56,445 nt of DNA from Gemmatimonadaceae bacterium (GTDB taxonomy: Bacteria; Gemmatimonadota; Gemmatimonadetes; Gemmatimonadales; Gemmatimonadaceae). Below are positions 32,774-43,043 of the stretch, in pieces (position 1 is the stretch's first letter; each line of letters starts with the position of its first letter). The notes beneath the pieces were generated by a model. The model was given only the letters and a program-made list of their open reading frames with translations. It was not told the DNA's origin and did not search any database. Both the position numbers and the translations under genes were made by a program. The stretch lies in the NCBI GenBank assembly GCA_040901985.1, contig JBBDYC010000012.1, forward strand, positions 1-56,445, written 5' to 3'.

Positions 32774-34385
32774 CCGGTTCGAGCTTCTTCTTGGCGCTGG
32801 CGCGCTTGGCGCGCGGCGTCTTTGCCGTTCCGTCCTTCGGTGCCGCCTTCTTCCGTGTGCGCGCGGGCTTCTTCGCCGGCGCGTCGGCCTCGTCGGCAGC
32901 CGCAGTCTCCGTGGGCGACTCCTCGACCATGCCGAGGAGCAGGAGTCCGGCCGGAATCGCCGGCTTGGCCGCCGCGCGACCACCACGACCCGGCGCCGAC
33001 CGCACGCCCATCCCACGCGGCGCCGGCGCGCTCGGCGCGACGACCGGCGTTGCCGCCTTCTCGGCCACCGCGAGCTGGTCGGCGATGCTGGGCGCGCCGG
33101 TCGCGGCGGTCACCTCGAACGCCTCGCCGCGCTTGCGAAGGTCAAGCAGTCCGGCGTCGTGCGCATCCTTCAGGATCCGTGCGAAGTTGCGCGGCGAAAG
33201 CGATTCGCTGTCGCGCCCGAGGAGCGCGAACGCCTTGACGCGCACCAACTCGCTCGGCACCGATGCGTCGCCGCTGGCCACGGCCGTCACCGCGTCGCGG
33301 ACGAGCGAGAACGCCTCGTCGCGGGTGAGACGGAGCCCCTCCACGCCGATGGTCTCGTCGGCCGGTGGGGCGCTCGGCGCGGCGTGGTGCCGGCCGCGGG
33401 ACGGTTCGCCCGCCGTTGGCGGCGTGGCACCGTTGGCCGCCGGACGCTCGTCGCGCTCACGGCCCCGGCCACCGCGGCCCCGGCGTCCGCGGCGGCGGCC
33501 CTCGCGCTCCTCGCCCTCGCCACGCTCGGCGGCCGGCACGGACGCGGCGACGACGCCGTCGCCCTTCTTACCGGAACCCACCTCGAGTTGGCCGTTCTCC
33601 AGCTTCACGACCGTGATCAGCCCCTTCTGCGCCGCCTCCAGGCAGAACCGCGAGAACTTCGACATCCCGAGGTCCTTCTCGTCGAACGTCGCGTCAATCT
33701 CCTGCATCACCTGCTTGAGCCGGTCGGAGCGCATCACGTCGCCGTTCTTCTGCATGCGGGTGATCGCCTCGCTCACGAGCTCCCACGGATCCCATTTCTT
33801 CGTCCCCGATTCGTCGCTCGACTTCACGAGACCGGCGAGGGCGTTGTAGGAGTAGTACTCGTCGCAGTTCTGGACGAGGAGGTCGCTTGACGACTCGCGG
33901 ATGCCGACGCCGATCACGTACTTGCCGTATTCCTTGAGCTTGAGCACGAGCGACGAGAAGTCGGAGTCGCCCGAGAGCAGGATGTAGGTGCCGATCTCCG
34001 GCCGGGTGAAGACGAGCTCGATCGCGTCCACGGCGAGGCGGATGTCGGTCGCATTCTTCTTCGACGACCCGTAGGCCGGGGCGAAGATGAGGTCGATTGA
34101 CGACTCGCTGAGCGGGACGATGTACTGCGGGTAGCGGCGCCAGTCGGCGTAGGCGCGCTGGACCGCGACCTTCCCGCTGATGATCGCCGAGCTGAGGAGG
34201 TTGCGGAGCTCCGTCTGAAGGTCGGAGCGGATCCCCATCGTGACGTTGTCGAAGTCAATGAGGAGGGCGGCGTTGGGCGCGTGGCTGCCGGAGCCGGCGG
34301 TGCTGGCCTGCGGCCCCCGGTGAAGCGGGGCCACCGCGGCGCGCGCGGGGCGCGCGGTCGCGGAGAGATTGGAACGTCCGTGCAT
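32766..34385 (-). CDS. NYN (LabA-like PIN) protein with OST-HTH/LOTUS-like domains
   Basis: ALLIDFDNV, RAYADW, KNATDIRLAVDA, LSGDSDF, FDEKDLGMSKFSRF; AGGA RBS before ATG 34385; basic tail. Confidence 0.9.
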   Translation of the reverse strand: MHGRSNLSATARPARAAVAPLHRGPQASTAGSGSHAPNAALLIDFDNVTMGIRSDLQTELRNLLSSAIISGKVAVQRAYADWRRYPQYIVPLSESSIDLIFAPAYGSSKKNATDIRLAVDAIELVFTRPEIGTYILLSGDSDFSSLVLKLKEYGKYVIGVGIRESSSDLLVQNCDEYYSYNALAGLVKSSDESGTKKWDPWELVSEAITRMQKNGDVMRSDRLKQVMQEIDATFDEKDLGMSKFSRFCLEAAQKGLITVVKLENGQLEVGSGKKGDGVVAASVPAAERGEGEEREGRRRGRRGRGGRGRERDERPAANGATPPTAGEPSRGRHHAAPSAPPADETIGVEGLRLTRDEAFSLVRDAVTAVASGDASVPSELVRVKAFALLGRDSESLSPRNFARILKDAHDAGLLDLRKRGEAFEVTAATGAPSIADQLAVAEKAATPVVAPSAPAPRGMGVRSAPGRGGRAAAKPAIPAGLLLLGMVEESPTETAAADEADAPAKKPARTRKKAAPKDGTAKTPRAKRASAKKKLEPAT

Positions 34386-34729
34386 CGTGTCCTGGCCGGA
34401 TGGCCGGTGATGAAAAAAGAGTGGTCGCGGGGCCGGATGGCCTCGAGCGAACGCGCTCACCGACTCGTCCGGGCAATGCCGTGTGGCCCGGAGGACGCCT
34501 CTGGCGCGGACGACTCGCCCGCTTCGGGAATTCCTCGCGCCCGGCGTGCCGATGGTCGTGCGCCTGTGGCTGCAGATCATCGACGCGCTAAGCGCGTCCC
34601 AGCGCTGAAATGTAGTACGAAAGGCCGCAAATGGCAGTGGGGGCAGGACTTCCGCCTGCGCCACCCACCCCGGGACCGTTAGTTTTGGACTGCCCCACCC
34701 CGCCCGAGTCCCCCCATCCACCCGACACC

Positions 34730-35950
34730 TTGTCCCAACCGCGGTTCCGCACCCGGCTCTTTGCCGTCCTGGCGCTCTTCGCCGTCGTCCCAGCCGTCCT
34801 GCTGACGCTGGGGTGGAGCGGAATTGCCGCACGTGTGCTCCCGCGGATGAGCGGAATCGGGGCGTGGGAGCAGGTCGCCGCGAGCGGCGAGGCCGCCATC
34901 CAAGCGGCGCGGGAGCAGCCGGGATCGGCCGCGGCCGAGGCGGCCCTGCAGGCGCATCAGGAGGAACTCGGGGAGTCGCGCGTGCAGGCGCGGCGGTTCA
35001 GCTACCTCGCCGAGCGCTCGGCGGTGGTCTTTGCGGTCGGAGGCGTGATTGTCCTCGCCGTGCTCACGCTCGTCGCCTCGCGAGTGGCCGGCCACCTGAG
35101 CCGCCAGCTCTCGCGGCCGCTCGATGAGCTCGTCGGCTGGACGGAACGGATCGCCCACGGGGAGCGCCTTCCCCTCCCCTCGGAGGCCGAGGCGCGCGGC
35201 GCCCCGGAGTTCGGCACCCTGCGCGACCGGATGCGCGTGATGGCCGACGAGCTCGAGGCCGGGCGCCGGGCGGCAATCGAGGCGGAGCGGCTCGAGGCGT
35301 TCCGGGAATCGGCCCGACAGGTGGCGCACGAGATCAAGAACCCGCTCACGCCGATCCGTTTTGCCGTCGCCACGCTCCGGCAGAAGGTCGGTCCCGAGCT
35401 GAAGGACACGGTGGACGTGCTCGACGCCGAGTCGGCGCGGCTGGAGGCGATGGCGCGCAACTTCGCGCAGTTCGGGCGGCTTCCCGAGGGGCCGGCGTCG
35501 GTGGTGGACGTCGGCGACCTCGCGCGGGAGACCATCCGCGTGAGCCTGCCGCCGGCGATGCACGAGGAGGTCGTGGTCGAGGGGGCGCCGCCGCTGGTGA
35601 AGGGCCAGCACGACGCACTGATGCGTGCCCTCTCGAACGTGCTGCTGAACGCCGTGGACGCCACGGCGGGCCGGGGACGCGTGTATGTGCGGGTCGCCAC
35701 GCGACACGGCACGGTGACGCTCTCCATACGGGACGACGGCGTGGGAATCGCGCCAGAGGCGCTCGAGCGGATTTGGGAGCCGTACGTCACCTCCAAGACG
35801 GCCGGTACCGGGCTCGGCCTGGCAATCGTCAAACAGACGATCACGGCGCACGGTGGCCGCGTGGAGGCGTCGAGCACACTCGGCGCGGGAACCGAGATTC
35901 GACTGCACTTGCCGGCCGCCGAGGCCGGAACGCACACCGCAGGAGGGTAG
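34730..35950 (+). CDS. HAMP sensor histidine kinase (NtrY-like); start uncertain
   Basis: Two TM helices, HAMP, ARQVAHEIKNPLTPI, NVLLNAVDA, EPYVTSK..GTGLGL. Confidence 0.9.
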   Translation: MSQPRFRTRLFAVLALFAVVPAVLLTLGWSGIAARVLPRMSGIGAWEQVAASGEAAIQAAREQPGSAAAEAALQAHQEELGESRVQARRFSYLAERSAVVFAVGGVIVLAVLTLVASRVAGHLSRQLSRPLDELVGWTERIAHGERLPLPSEAEARGAPEFGTLRDRMRVMADELEAGRRAAIEAERLEAFRESARQVAHEIKNPLTPIRFAVATLRQKVGPELKDTVDVLDAESARLEAMARNFAQFGRLPEGPASVVDVGDLARETIRVSLPPAMHEEVVVEGAPPLVKGQHDALMRALSNVLLNAVDATAGRGRVYVRVATRHGTVTLSIRDDGVGIAPEALERIWEPYVTSKTAGTGLGLAIVKQTITAHGGRVEASSTLGAGTEIRLHLPAAEAGTHTAGG

Positions 35951-36235
35951 ATGGACGAGGACATCCTGGCGATCGGCGGATTCTTCTTCACGGTCATCGT
36001 GCTCGGGCTGGGAATCCCGCTCGGCGTGCCGCTGGTGCGCTCCTGGGTCAAGCGCCGCGAGATGACCCCGCCACCACAGCAGGCCGCGATCGGCGAGCGC
36101 CTCGCGCGGATGGAAGTGGCGCTGGAGTCAATGGCCGTGGAGATCGAGCGGATCTCCGAGGGCCAGCGCTTCGTGACGCGGTTGCTCGCCGAACGGGACC
36201 AGTCGCGCGCGGCGCTGCCACCGGAGCGGCCGTGA
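35951..36235 (+). CDS. small membrane protein with coiled-coil
   Basis: GGAGG RBS; TM helix then RLARME..SMAVEIERISEGQRFVTRLL. Confidence 0.8.
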   Translation: MDEDILAIGGFFFTVIVLGLGIPLGVPLVRSWVKRREMTPPPQQAAIGERLARMEVALESMAVEIERISEGQRFVTRLLAERDQSRAALPPERP

Positions 36236-36260
36236 CGAAGCGCCCCAGGCGGAGCCGCTG

Positions 36261-37637
36261 ATGGCGACGGTCCTGATCGTTGACGACGAGCCGAACATCC
36301 GACGGATGGTCGGTGCGCTGCTGGGGGCCGAGGGGTTCGAGGTGCACGACGCGGCGGATGCGGCGGCGGGACTCGTCCGCGCCGCAGAGGTGGAACCCGA
36401 CCTCGTCCTGCTCGACCTGATGATGCCGGGGCCGACCGACGGTCTCGACCTCCTGGAGCGCCTGCGCGAACGCTACCCCGACCTCCCGGTCGTGATGATG
36501 TCGGGGCGGGCGGGCCTCGCCGATGCGGTGAAGGCCACGCGCCTCGGCGCGGTGAACTTCCTCGAGAAGCCACTGACGCCGGAGGGAGTCCTCCTCGCGA
36601 TCGGCAGCGCGCTCGAGCTGCGCCAGGCGCGCCGCGAGCGCTCGGCGCTCCGGGCCGACCTCGGGCTCGCCGGCCAGCTCGTCGGCACCAGTCCGGCGAT
36701 GGCGGCGGTGCGGGCGATGATTGCGCGGGTGGCACCGAGCGATGCGCGCGTCCTGATCGATGGCGAGTCGGGAACCGGCAAGGAACTCGTGGCGGCGGCA
36801 ATCCACGCCCAGAGTCCGCGTCGAGACAAGCCGTTCGTCCGCGTGAACTGCGCGGCGATCCCCCGCGACCTCGTGGAGAGCGAGATGTTCGGTCACGAGC
36901 GCGGGTCGTTCACCGGCGCGACCGAACGGCGGATCGGACGGTTCGAACTCGCGCACACCGGGTCGCTCCTGCTCGACGAGGTCGGCGAGCTCTCGCCAGA
37001 GGCGCAGGCCAAGCTGCTGCGGGCGATCGAGGCCAAGGAAATCGAGCGCGTCGGCGGGAACAAGCCGATCAAGGTGGACGTGCGGGTGCTCGCGGCGACG
37101 AACCGCGACCTTGGGAAGGAGGTCCGGGACGGCCGCTTTCGGGAGGATCTCTACTTTCGCCTCAACGTGATCCCGCTCTCGGTGCCGCCGCTGCGCGAAC
37201 ATCCGGGCGACATCCCCGACCTCGTGCTCCACTTCGCGGCGATCCACCGCCGTCGGAGCGGCCAACCGGCGCCGACCTGGACGCCGGAGGCCGTCGAGGC
37301 GCTGGCGCGCTATCGCTGGCCGGGGAACGTGCGCGAACTGGCGAACATCGTCGAGCGATTGAGCATCCTCTTCGCCGGCCAGGCCATCGGGCTCGAGGCG
37401 GTGGCGAGCGTCCTCCCGACGTCGGACATCGCGACCGCGGCGCCGGCGACGCTGCCAAGCGGCGAGCGGCTCGAGGGCGCCTTGAGCGACGCCCTCGACG
37501 AGTACGAACGCCTGCTCATCCAGCGCGCGCTCCAGGCGGCCGGGGGCGTGGTGGCCGAGGCCGCGCGCCGGTTGCAGACCGACCGACCGAATCTCTATCG
37601 GCGCATGCGTCGCCTCGGCATCGGCGGGGTAGAGTGA
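36261..37637 (+). CDS. sigma-54-dependent response regulator (NtrC/NtrX family)
   Basis: Receiver domain, [43 protein letters not shown]-terminal HTH. Confidence 0.95.
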   Translation: MATVLIVDDEPNIRRMVGALLGAEGFEVHDAADAAAGLVRAAEVEPDLVLLDLMMPGPTDGLDLLERLRERYPDLPVVMMSGRAGLADAVKATRLGAVNFLEKPLTPEGVLLAIGSALELRQARRERSALRADLGLAGQLVGTSPAMAAVRAMIARVAPSDARVLIDGESGTGKELVAAAIHAQSPRRDKPFVRVNCAAIPRDLVESEMFGHERGSFTGATERRIGRFELAHTGSLLLDEVGELSPEAQAKLLRAIEAKEIERVGGNKPIKVDVRVLAATNRDLGKEVRDGRFREDLYFRLNVIPLSVPPLREHPGDIPDLVLHFAAIHRRRSGQPAPTWTPEAVEALARYRWPGNVRELANIVERLSILFAGQAIGLEAVASVLPTSDIATAAPATLPSGERLEGALSDALDEYERLLIQRALQAAGGVVAEAARRLQTDRPNLYRRMRRLGIGGVE

Positions 37638-37662
37638 CGACCTCGACACCGTGGAGCGAACG

Positions 37663-39354
37663 ATGAGATGGACCTTCTCGCTGGCCCTCGCCCTGCTACT
37701 GGTGGGTGCGGATGCCGCGGCGCAGCAACGTGACACGCGCGGCGCCGCGGCAATCGCCGTGGCGACGTACAACGCGGGAGCGACCTTCCGCATCATTGGC
37801 TCCTACGACCTCCCCGACGGGCAGGTGGTGGACGGAACGGTCGCCGTGCTGAACGGGCCGGTGCTGATCGCCGGGCGGATCACCGGCACGTTGGTGGCGA
37901 TCAACGCCGACGTGCAGCTCCTCGCCGGTGCGCGGATTGGACGCGACCTCGTCGTCATCGGCGGGACGATCCGCCGCGACGAGGGCGCAGCGATTGGCGG
38001 CGAGATCCGCACGCAGGCCGAACTGCTGCAGTACACCCTGGATGGCGACCGGATCGAACCGGTGGAATCGGTGCCCGGCGAGTGGCGGCCGCGCCTCGGG
38101 CGCGGGATGTGGGAGGAGCGCGGCGATTCCTACACCGAGCTCTTCTTCGTCGCTGTCCGGACCTACAATCGCGTCGAGGGCCTGCCGGTGCTGATGGGGC
38201 CGCGCTTCCGTCGTCCGACTCCCTGGGGGCGTGTCGAGGTCGAGGCGCTCGGCGTGGTCCGGACCGCCGGCCCTATCCGTTGGGATCGCGGAACGATCGG
38301 CCACGATGCGCGCGCCACCGTGCGTGTTGGCGTGGACTACGGGCTCGTGCTGAGCGGACGGCTCTTCGACGTCATCGAGCCGGTCGAGTCGTGGCAGCTC
38401 AAGGAATCCGAGGCGGGCGTCTCGACCTTCCTCCTGCACCGCGACCTTCGCGACCACTACGGACGGCACGGCGTGGAGGGGGCCGCCGGCGGGCGGATCG
38501 GCGAAGAGGTGTCGCTGAATGTCGTGTTCGGTACCGAGCAGTGGCGTGCCGTCCCGGCGCGGCATCCGTTTTCGCTGTTCGGCGACACCGATCCGTGGCG
38601 CGTGAACCCGGGGATGGACGTCGGCCGGGTGGACCTGCTCGGCGTTCGGCTCCTCGTGGACACGCGGGAGCGTCTGCGCTCGCCGTGGACCGGCGGCTGG
38701 TTCGTGAAGGCGGACCTCGAGCGCGGGCGGGGCACGATCGCCCGCGACACCGGAAGTGTCGCCGGGCAGCTCGACACGCCGGCGCCGGTGAATTATACGC
38801 GCGGCTTTTTCGACGCCCGGCGCTACAACAGACTCTCCTCCGGGACCGCACTCAACCTGCGCCTCGTGACCGGTGGTCGGCTGGGCGGCGATCCGCTGCC
38901 TAACCAGCGGCGACTCTCGGTGGGCGGTCCGGGGGCGATCGAGGGCTACGACTTCCGGCGCGCGGCGCACGACACCGACGTCTTCACCTGCGGCGGGATC
39001 GCCGACCGCGAGGGACGCCCCGCGCTCTGCGACCGGGTCGCGCTGGCGCAGCTTGAACTGCGCCAGGAGTTCAGCTTCGGGATGGTCCGGACCGACCACG
39101 AGGACGAGTGGTGGCGGCTCGGCATCAACACGCGCGGCGCCTGGGTGCTCTTTGCCGACGCCGGCCGCGGCTGGCGCGTGGACGCGGGCGACCCCGGGAT
39201 CCGGCACGACGCGGGAATCCCCGATCTCTCGAGCTTCCGCACGACGCTCGGCGGCGGCGTGGACTTCGGGGCGCTGGGTCTTTACGTCGCCAAGGCCACG
39301 TCCACGCCCAAGGAACCGGTGAACTTCTACGTCCGTATCGGACGTCGCTTCTGA
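37663..39354 (+). CDS. outer-membrane beta-barrel (Omp85/TamA-like) with N-terminal beta-helix-like repeats
   Basis: Signal peptide, V/I-x-G repeats (VDGTVAVLNGPVLIAGRITGTLVAI), YNRVEGL, SVGGPGAIEGYDF, FADAGRGW, C-terminal Phe. Confidence 0.65.
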   Translation: MRWTFSLALALLLVGADAAAQQRDTRGAAAIAVATYNAGATFRIIGSYDLPDGQVVDGTVAVLNGPVLIAGRITGTLVAINADVQLLAGARIGRDLVVIGGTIRRDEGAAIGGEIRTQAELLQYTLDGDRIEPVESVPGEWRPRLGRGMWEERGDSYTELFFVAVRTYNRVEGLPVLMGPRFRRPTPWGRVEVEALGVVRTAGPIRWDRGTIGHDARATVRVGVDYGLVLSGRLFDVIEPVESWQLKESEAGVSTFLLHRDLRDHYGRHGVEGAAGGRIGEEVSLNVVFGTEQWRAVPARHPFSLFGDTDPWRVNPGMDVGRVDLLGVRLLVDTRERLRSPWTGGWFVKADLERGRGTIARDTGSVAGQLDTPAPVNYTRGFFDARRYNRLSSGTALNLRLVTGGRLGGDPLPNQRRLSVGGPGAIEGYDFRRAAHDTDVFTCGGIADREGRPALCDRVALAQLELRQEFSFGMVRTDHEDEWWRLGINTRGAWVLFADAGRGWRVDAGDPGIRHDAGIPDLSSFRTTLGGGVDFGALGLYVAKATSTPKEPVNFYVRIGRRF

Positions 39355-39355
39355 C

Positions 39356-40036
39356 GTGATCCTCCGGCGCGTACTCCCGATCCTCGCCGTTGCGGCGCTG
39401 CGGGCGGCGTCGCTGGCGGCGCCGCTCGCGGCCCCGTTGGCCGCGCAGCACGCGCCGCGCGTCGAGATCCAGCTTCCGACTCCGACGCGCCTCACCAGCG
39501 AAGGCCCGCTCGTGCGCGCGGCCGGTGTGCTGTCCGACGAGCGGATGCGCGAGCTCCTGCGCAGCGGATTCCCGGCGCACCTGCATTTCCGCGTCGAGCT
39601 CTGGTCGAGCGAGCGCTGGTTCGACCAGCTGCACCGCACGGCGGAGTGGGACGTCGTCGTGAGCTTGCGCGGCGTGGACCAGATGTACGAGGTGATGCAG
39701 GTCGTCGGCGACCGCCAGCTCTCGCTCGGGGCGTTCGCGCGGATCGAGGACGCCGAGGCGGCGGTGGAGCGGCCCGTCCGGGTGCCGATCACCGCGCCGG
39801 CGTCGGATCGCCGCTTCTATTACAAGGTGGAACTCGACGTCGAGACGCTGTCCATGACGGATCTCGACGAGGTGAGCCGGTGGCTCCGCGGGGAGCTGCA
39901 GCCGGCCGTGCGCGGCCGACGGAACCCCGGCACGGCGTTCACGCGGGGACTCCGCTCGCTGACGTCGCGAATCCTCGGCGGGGAGCGTCGCGAGTACGGG
40001 GCGCGGTCGGCGACCTTCCGGCCGCCGAACGGCTAG
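39356..40036 (+). CDS. exported DUF4390-like protein
   Basis: Signal peptide; MRELLRSGFPAHLHFRVELW..RWFD resembles DUF4390. Confidence 0.5.
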   Translation: MILRRVLPILAVAALRAASLAAPLAAPLAAQHAPRVEIQLPTPTRLTSEGPLVRAAGVLSDERMRELLRSGFPAHLHFRVELWSSERWFDQLHRTAEWDVVVSLRGVDQMYEVMQVVGDRQLSLGAFARIEDAEAAVERPVRVPITAPASDRRFYYKVELDVETLSMTDLDEVSRWLRGELQPAVRGRRNPGTAFTRGLRSLTSRILGGERREYGARSATFRPPNG

Positions 40037-40635
40037 ATCGCCTGCGCCTCCGGCGGGAGCACGCCCCCGTGCCGGCGCTCCATCGCCTCGAGCTGCCGAA
40101 CCACCGCCGCGCCGTAGAAGAGCTTGATGTAGCGCGACTGGGTCGGCGTCAGCCGCCGCACCGCCCACGAGAGGTGCACGAAGTGCGGCTCGACCGGCTT
40201 GTGCAACAGATGCATCCCGCACTCATCCGGCAGGTGGTTCGCCTTGCGCGTGTTGCAGGGCGAGCATGCGGTCACGACGTTCGTCCACGCGTTGACGCCG
40301 CCGCGCGAGATCGGCACCACGTGGTCGCGGGTAAGCGACTCGCGGGTCCGCAGTTCATAGCTGGCACGCCCGCAGTACTGGCACCGGTAGCCGTCGCGGG
40401 CGAAGAGGAAGGTGTTGGTCACCTGCCGCCGGAAGCGCCGCGGCACGTGCACGAACTTGCGGAGCCGGATCACCACCGGGCGCGGCAGGGAGAGCCGTTC
40501 CGAGTGCACCGCGCGGCCGCGGTCCGCCTCGACGATCTCGGCCTTGCCATCGATCACCAGACGCAGGGCGCGCTTGAGCGGCACCATCGTCAGGGGTTCG
40601 AAGCTAGCGTTGAGCGCGAGACAGCCGACGGTCAC
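40033..40635 (-). CDS. HNH endonuclease
   Basis: LALNASFEPL, PVVIRL, FARDGYRCQYCG, LTRDHVVPISRGG..WTNVVTACSPCNTRK. Confidence 0.93.
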   Translation of the reverse strand: MTVGCLALNASFEPLTMVPLKRALRLVIDGKAEIVEADRGRAVHSERLSLPRPVVIRLRKFVHVPRRFRRQVTNTFLFARDGYRCQYCGRASYELRTRESLTRDHVVPISRGGVNAWTNVVTACSPCNTRKANHLPDECGMHLLHKPVEPHFVHLSWAVRRLTPTQSRYIKLFYGAAVVRQLEAMERRHGGVLPPEAQAI

Positions 40636-40686
40636 GGTCAGTTCCTCAGTGTGGGCCTCGCCACGGCAGCGACCGTCGGGTGACGG

Positions 40687-41640
40687 TCAACTCCTCAGCG
40701 CGGCCGCGGGGACCGGAGTGAGCCACCCCCTGCTGTCGGTGGCTCTCCCGGTGGCGATGGCGAGGTAGCGTTCCTGGATCGCGCGGGTGATCGGGCCTCG
40801 TCTCCCGTCCCCCACGGGCGTGCGGTCCACCGAGCGGATCGGCGTGATCTCCGCCGCCGTCCCGCTGAAGAAAACCTCGTCCGCCAGCGTGAGCATCTCG
40901 CGCGGCATCAGGGCTTCCCGTACCTCGTAACCCAGATCCTCGGCGATGGCGACCACCGAGGCGCGCGTGATCCCTTGGAGAATACTCGCGGAGAGGGGCG
41001 CTGTGTAGAGGATGCCGTCCCGGACCAGGAAGAGGTTTTCCCCGCTCCCCTCGGAAAGATGGCCGTGGACGTCGAGCATGATCCCCTCGACATACCCGTC
41101 CACCCGGGCCTCCATCTTCGAGAGCTGGGAGCTCAGGTAGTTCCCCCCGGCCTTCGCCATTGCCGGGATGGTCCCCGGCGCCGCCCGACGCCAGCTCGAG
41201 ACCGTCACGTCCACCCCCTGTTCCAGCGCGTCGGGGCCGAGGTAGGCGCCCCACTTCCAGCAGATGACGAAGACCTCGACCGGCGCATTGCTCGGCAGGA
41301 CCCCCATCTCCTGGCCGGCGCGGACCGCCAGTGGCCGGATGTAGCACTGCTCGAGTCCATTGGCGCCGATGGTCTCGACGACCGCCTCGCACAGCTGGTC
41401 GGCCGTAAAGGCGAGCGGCATTCGGTAGACGCGCGCCGAATCCACGAAGCGCCGCATATGCTCGCGCAGCCGGAACACCGCGCCGCCCGAGGGACCCTTG
41501 TAACAACGAATCCCCTCGAAGATGCTCGAGCCGTAATGCACGACGTGGCTCATCACGTGGAGCGTCGCATCGTCCCACGGGATGAGCGCGCCGTTCCGCC
41601 AGATGACGTCGGTGGCGCCGCTGCCTCGGGGCAAGGTCAC
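40687..41640 (-). CDS. ilvE: branched-chain amino acid aminotransferase
   Basis: [53 protein letters not shown]; start approximate. Confidence 0.95.
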   Translation of the reverse strand: MTLPRGSGATDVIWRNGALIPWDDATLHVMSHVVHYGSSIFEGIRCYKGPSGGAVFRLREHMRRFVDSARVYRMPLAFTADQLCEAVVETIGANGLEQCYIRPLAVRAGQEMGVLPSNAPVEVFVICWKWGAYLGPDALEQGVDVTVSSWRRAAPGTIPAMAKAGGNYLSSQLSKMEARVDGYVEGIMLDVHGHLSEGSGENLFLVRDGILYTAPLSASILQGITRASVVAIAEDLGYEVREALMPREMLTLADEVFFSGTAAEITPIRSVDRTPVGDGRRGPITRAIQERYLAIATGRATDSRGWLTPVPAAALRS

Positions 41641-41687
41641 TGGGAGGGATGGGAGATGTGGGATGACAGGCCTGCGGTCGGACGAAA

Positions 41688-43043
41688 CTAACCGCGCATC
41701 CCTGCGCTCCGCCACCGATTGAGGCGCTCGGCCGCGTCGGCCACGCGAGCCGGCACGGCGGGGTCGGCGCCGAGAACCTCGCCGTCGCGCACGCGCTCCG
41801 CTCCCGCGACGACCACGCGACGCAGGGAGCGTGGTCCGCCGGCGAGCACGAGCACCGCTTCGGGCTCGAGCGAGCCAGCGATGTCCGCCGGTGGTTCGAA
41901 CGCGGCGAGGTCGGCCTGCTTGCCGGCCTCGAGCGACCCGACCAGCGCGTCGAGCCGGAGCGCCTCGGCGCCGCCGAGCGTCGCGAGCCGGAGCGCCGCG
42001 CGGGGGGAAATCGGGTCGGGACGACCACTGCGCGCGCGTTGCTGCAGCGCGGCGACGCGGGCTTCCTCAAAGAGGTCCATCCGCTGATTCGACGCCATCG
42101 AGTCGGTGCCGAGGCCGACCCGCGCGCCGGCGGCGACAAGCGCCGTGAGCGGCGCGATCCCATGGCCGAGCGTGGCGTTGGACACCGGGCAGTGTGCCAC
42201 GCCGCAACCGGCTCCGGCGATTGCCGGCGCCGCCCCATCGTCCACGTGTACACAGTGGATAAGCAGGGTTCCCGGGCGGACGAGACCGGCCGCCTGCAGG
42301 AGCGCGAGCGGCGACGCGGCGCGCGGTTCGACCGCAATGCCGCGTTCACGCAGGAAGCCGGCAAATGGCCCCTCGCCGCGCGTCACGAGCGCGACCTCCT
42401 CGTCGCTTTCGCCGATGTGCACGGCGACCGGCAGGGCCTCGCCCTGCGCCCAGGCACCGACCGCCCGGTAGAGCGCGTCGCTCACCGAATACGGGGCGTG
42501 CGGCGACACGCCGACGCCGACCAACGGGGTCGCCCGCTCCCGCATCGCCGCCACCTGCGCCTTGAGTGCCGCGAGCGATCCCGATGCGTCCGCCGGATCC
42601 GGCCCGAAGACCTCGCGGTAGGCGATGCCGCGCACGCCACACCGCCGCATCGCCTCGAACGACTCGTCGCCCGGCGCCGTGTCGCCGAAGCAGGTGATCC
42701 CGGTGCGCAGTCCCTCGGCCACGCCGGCGAGCGCCGCGTCGAGGAAATCGGCCGATTCGAGGACCGCGCCGCGGGCCCGCGTGAGCGTGCGCACCCAGGC
42801 AAAGAACGGGAGGTCGGCGAGGAAGCCGCGCATCATCGTGAGGTCGAGATGCGAATGGGCGTTGACGAGACCCGGGGTCAGCAGCGCATCGCCGAGGTCC
42901 TCGTCACGGCCCCCGGCCGGCGCACTCGCGCGCGGCCCGACCCAGACAATTCGATCGTCCTCCGTGACGACGGTCCCGTCCGTGATCGGCGGCGTCACGA
43001 TGGGCAGCACCCAGCGCGCGTGCCAGCGGACGCGCGAGGTCAC
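41688..43043 (-). CDS. metal-dependent amidohydrolase (MtaD/SsnA-like deaminase)
   Basis: [52 protein letters not shown] overlap with PBP gene. Confidence 0.9.
   Translation of the reverse strand: MTSRVRWHARWVLPIVTPPITDGTVVTEDDRIVWVGPRASAPAGGRDEDLGDALLTPGLVNAHSHLDLTMMRGFLADLPFFAWVRTLTRARGAVLESADFLDAALAGVAEGLRTGITCFGDTAPGDESFEAMRRCGVRGIAYREVFGPDPADASGSLAALKAQVAAMRERATPLVGVGVSPHAPYSVSDALYRAVGAWAQGEALPVAVHIGESDEEVALVTRGEGPFAGFLRERGIAVEPRAASPLALLQAAGLVRPGTLLIHCVHVDDGAAPAIAGAGCGVAHCPVSNATLGHGIAPLTALVAAGARVGLGTDSMASNQRMDLFEEARVAALQQRARSGRPDPISPRAALRLATLGGAEALRLDALVGSLEAGKQADLAAFEPPADIAGSLEPEAVLVLAGGPRSLRRVVVAGAERVRDGEVLGADPAVPARVADAAERLNRWRSAGMRG

Noticed and set aside
40033..40635. HNH gene as homing endonuclease or mobile element
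   Set aside because: No flanking repeats, intron or compositional shift; resembles the widespread stand-alone chromosomal HNH family.
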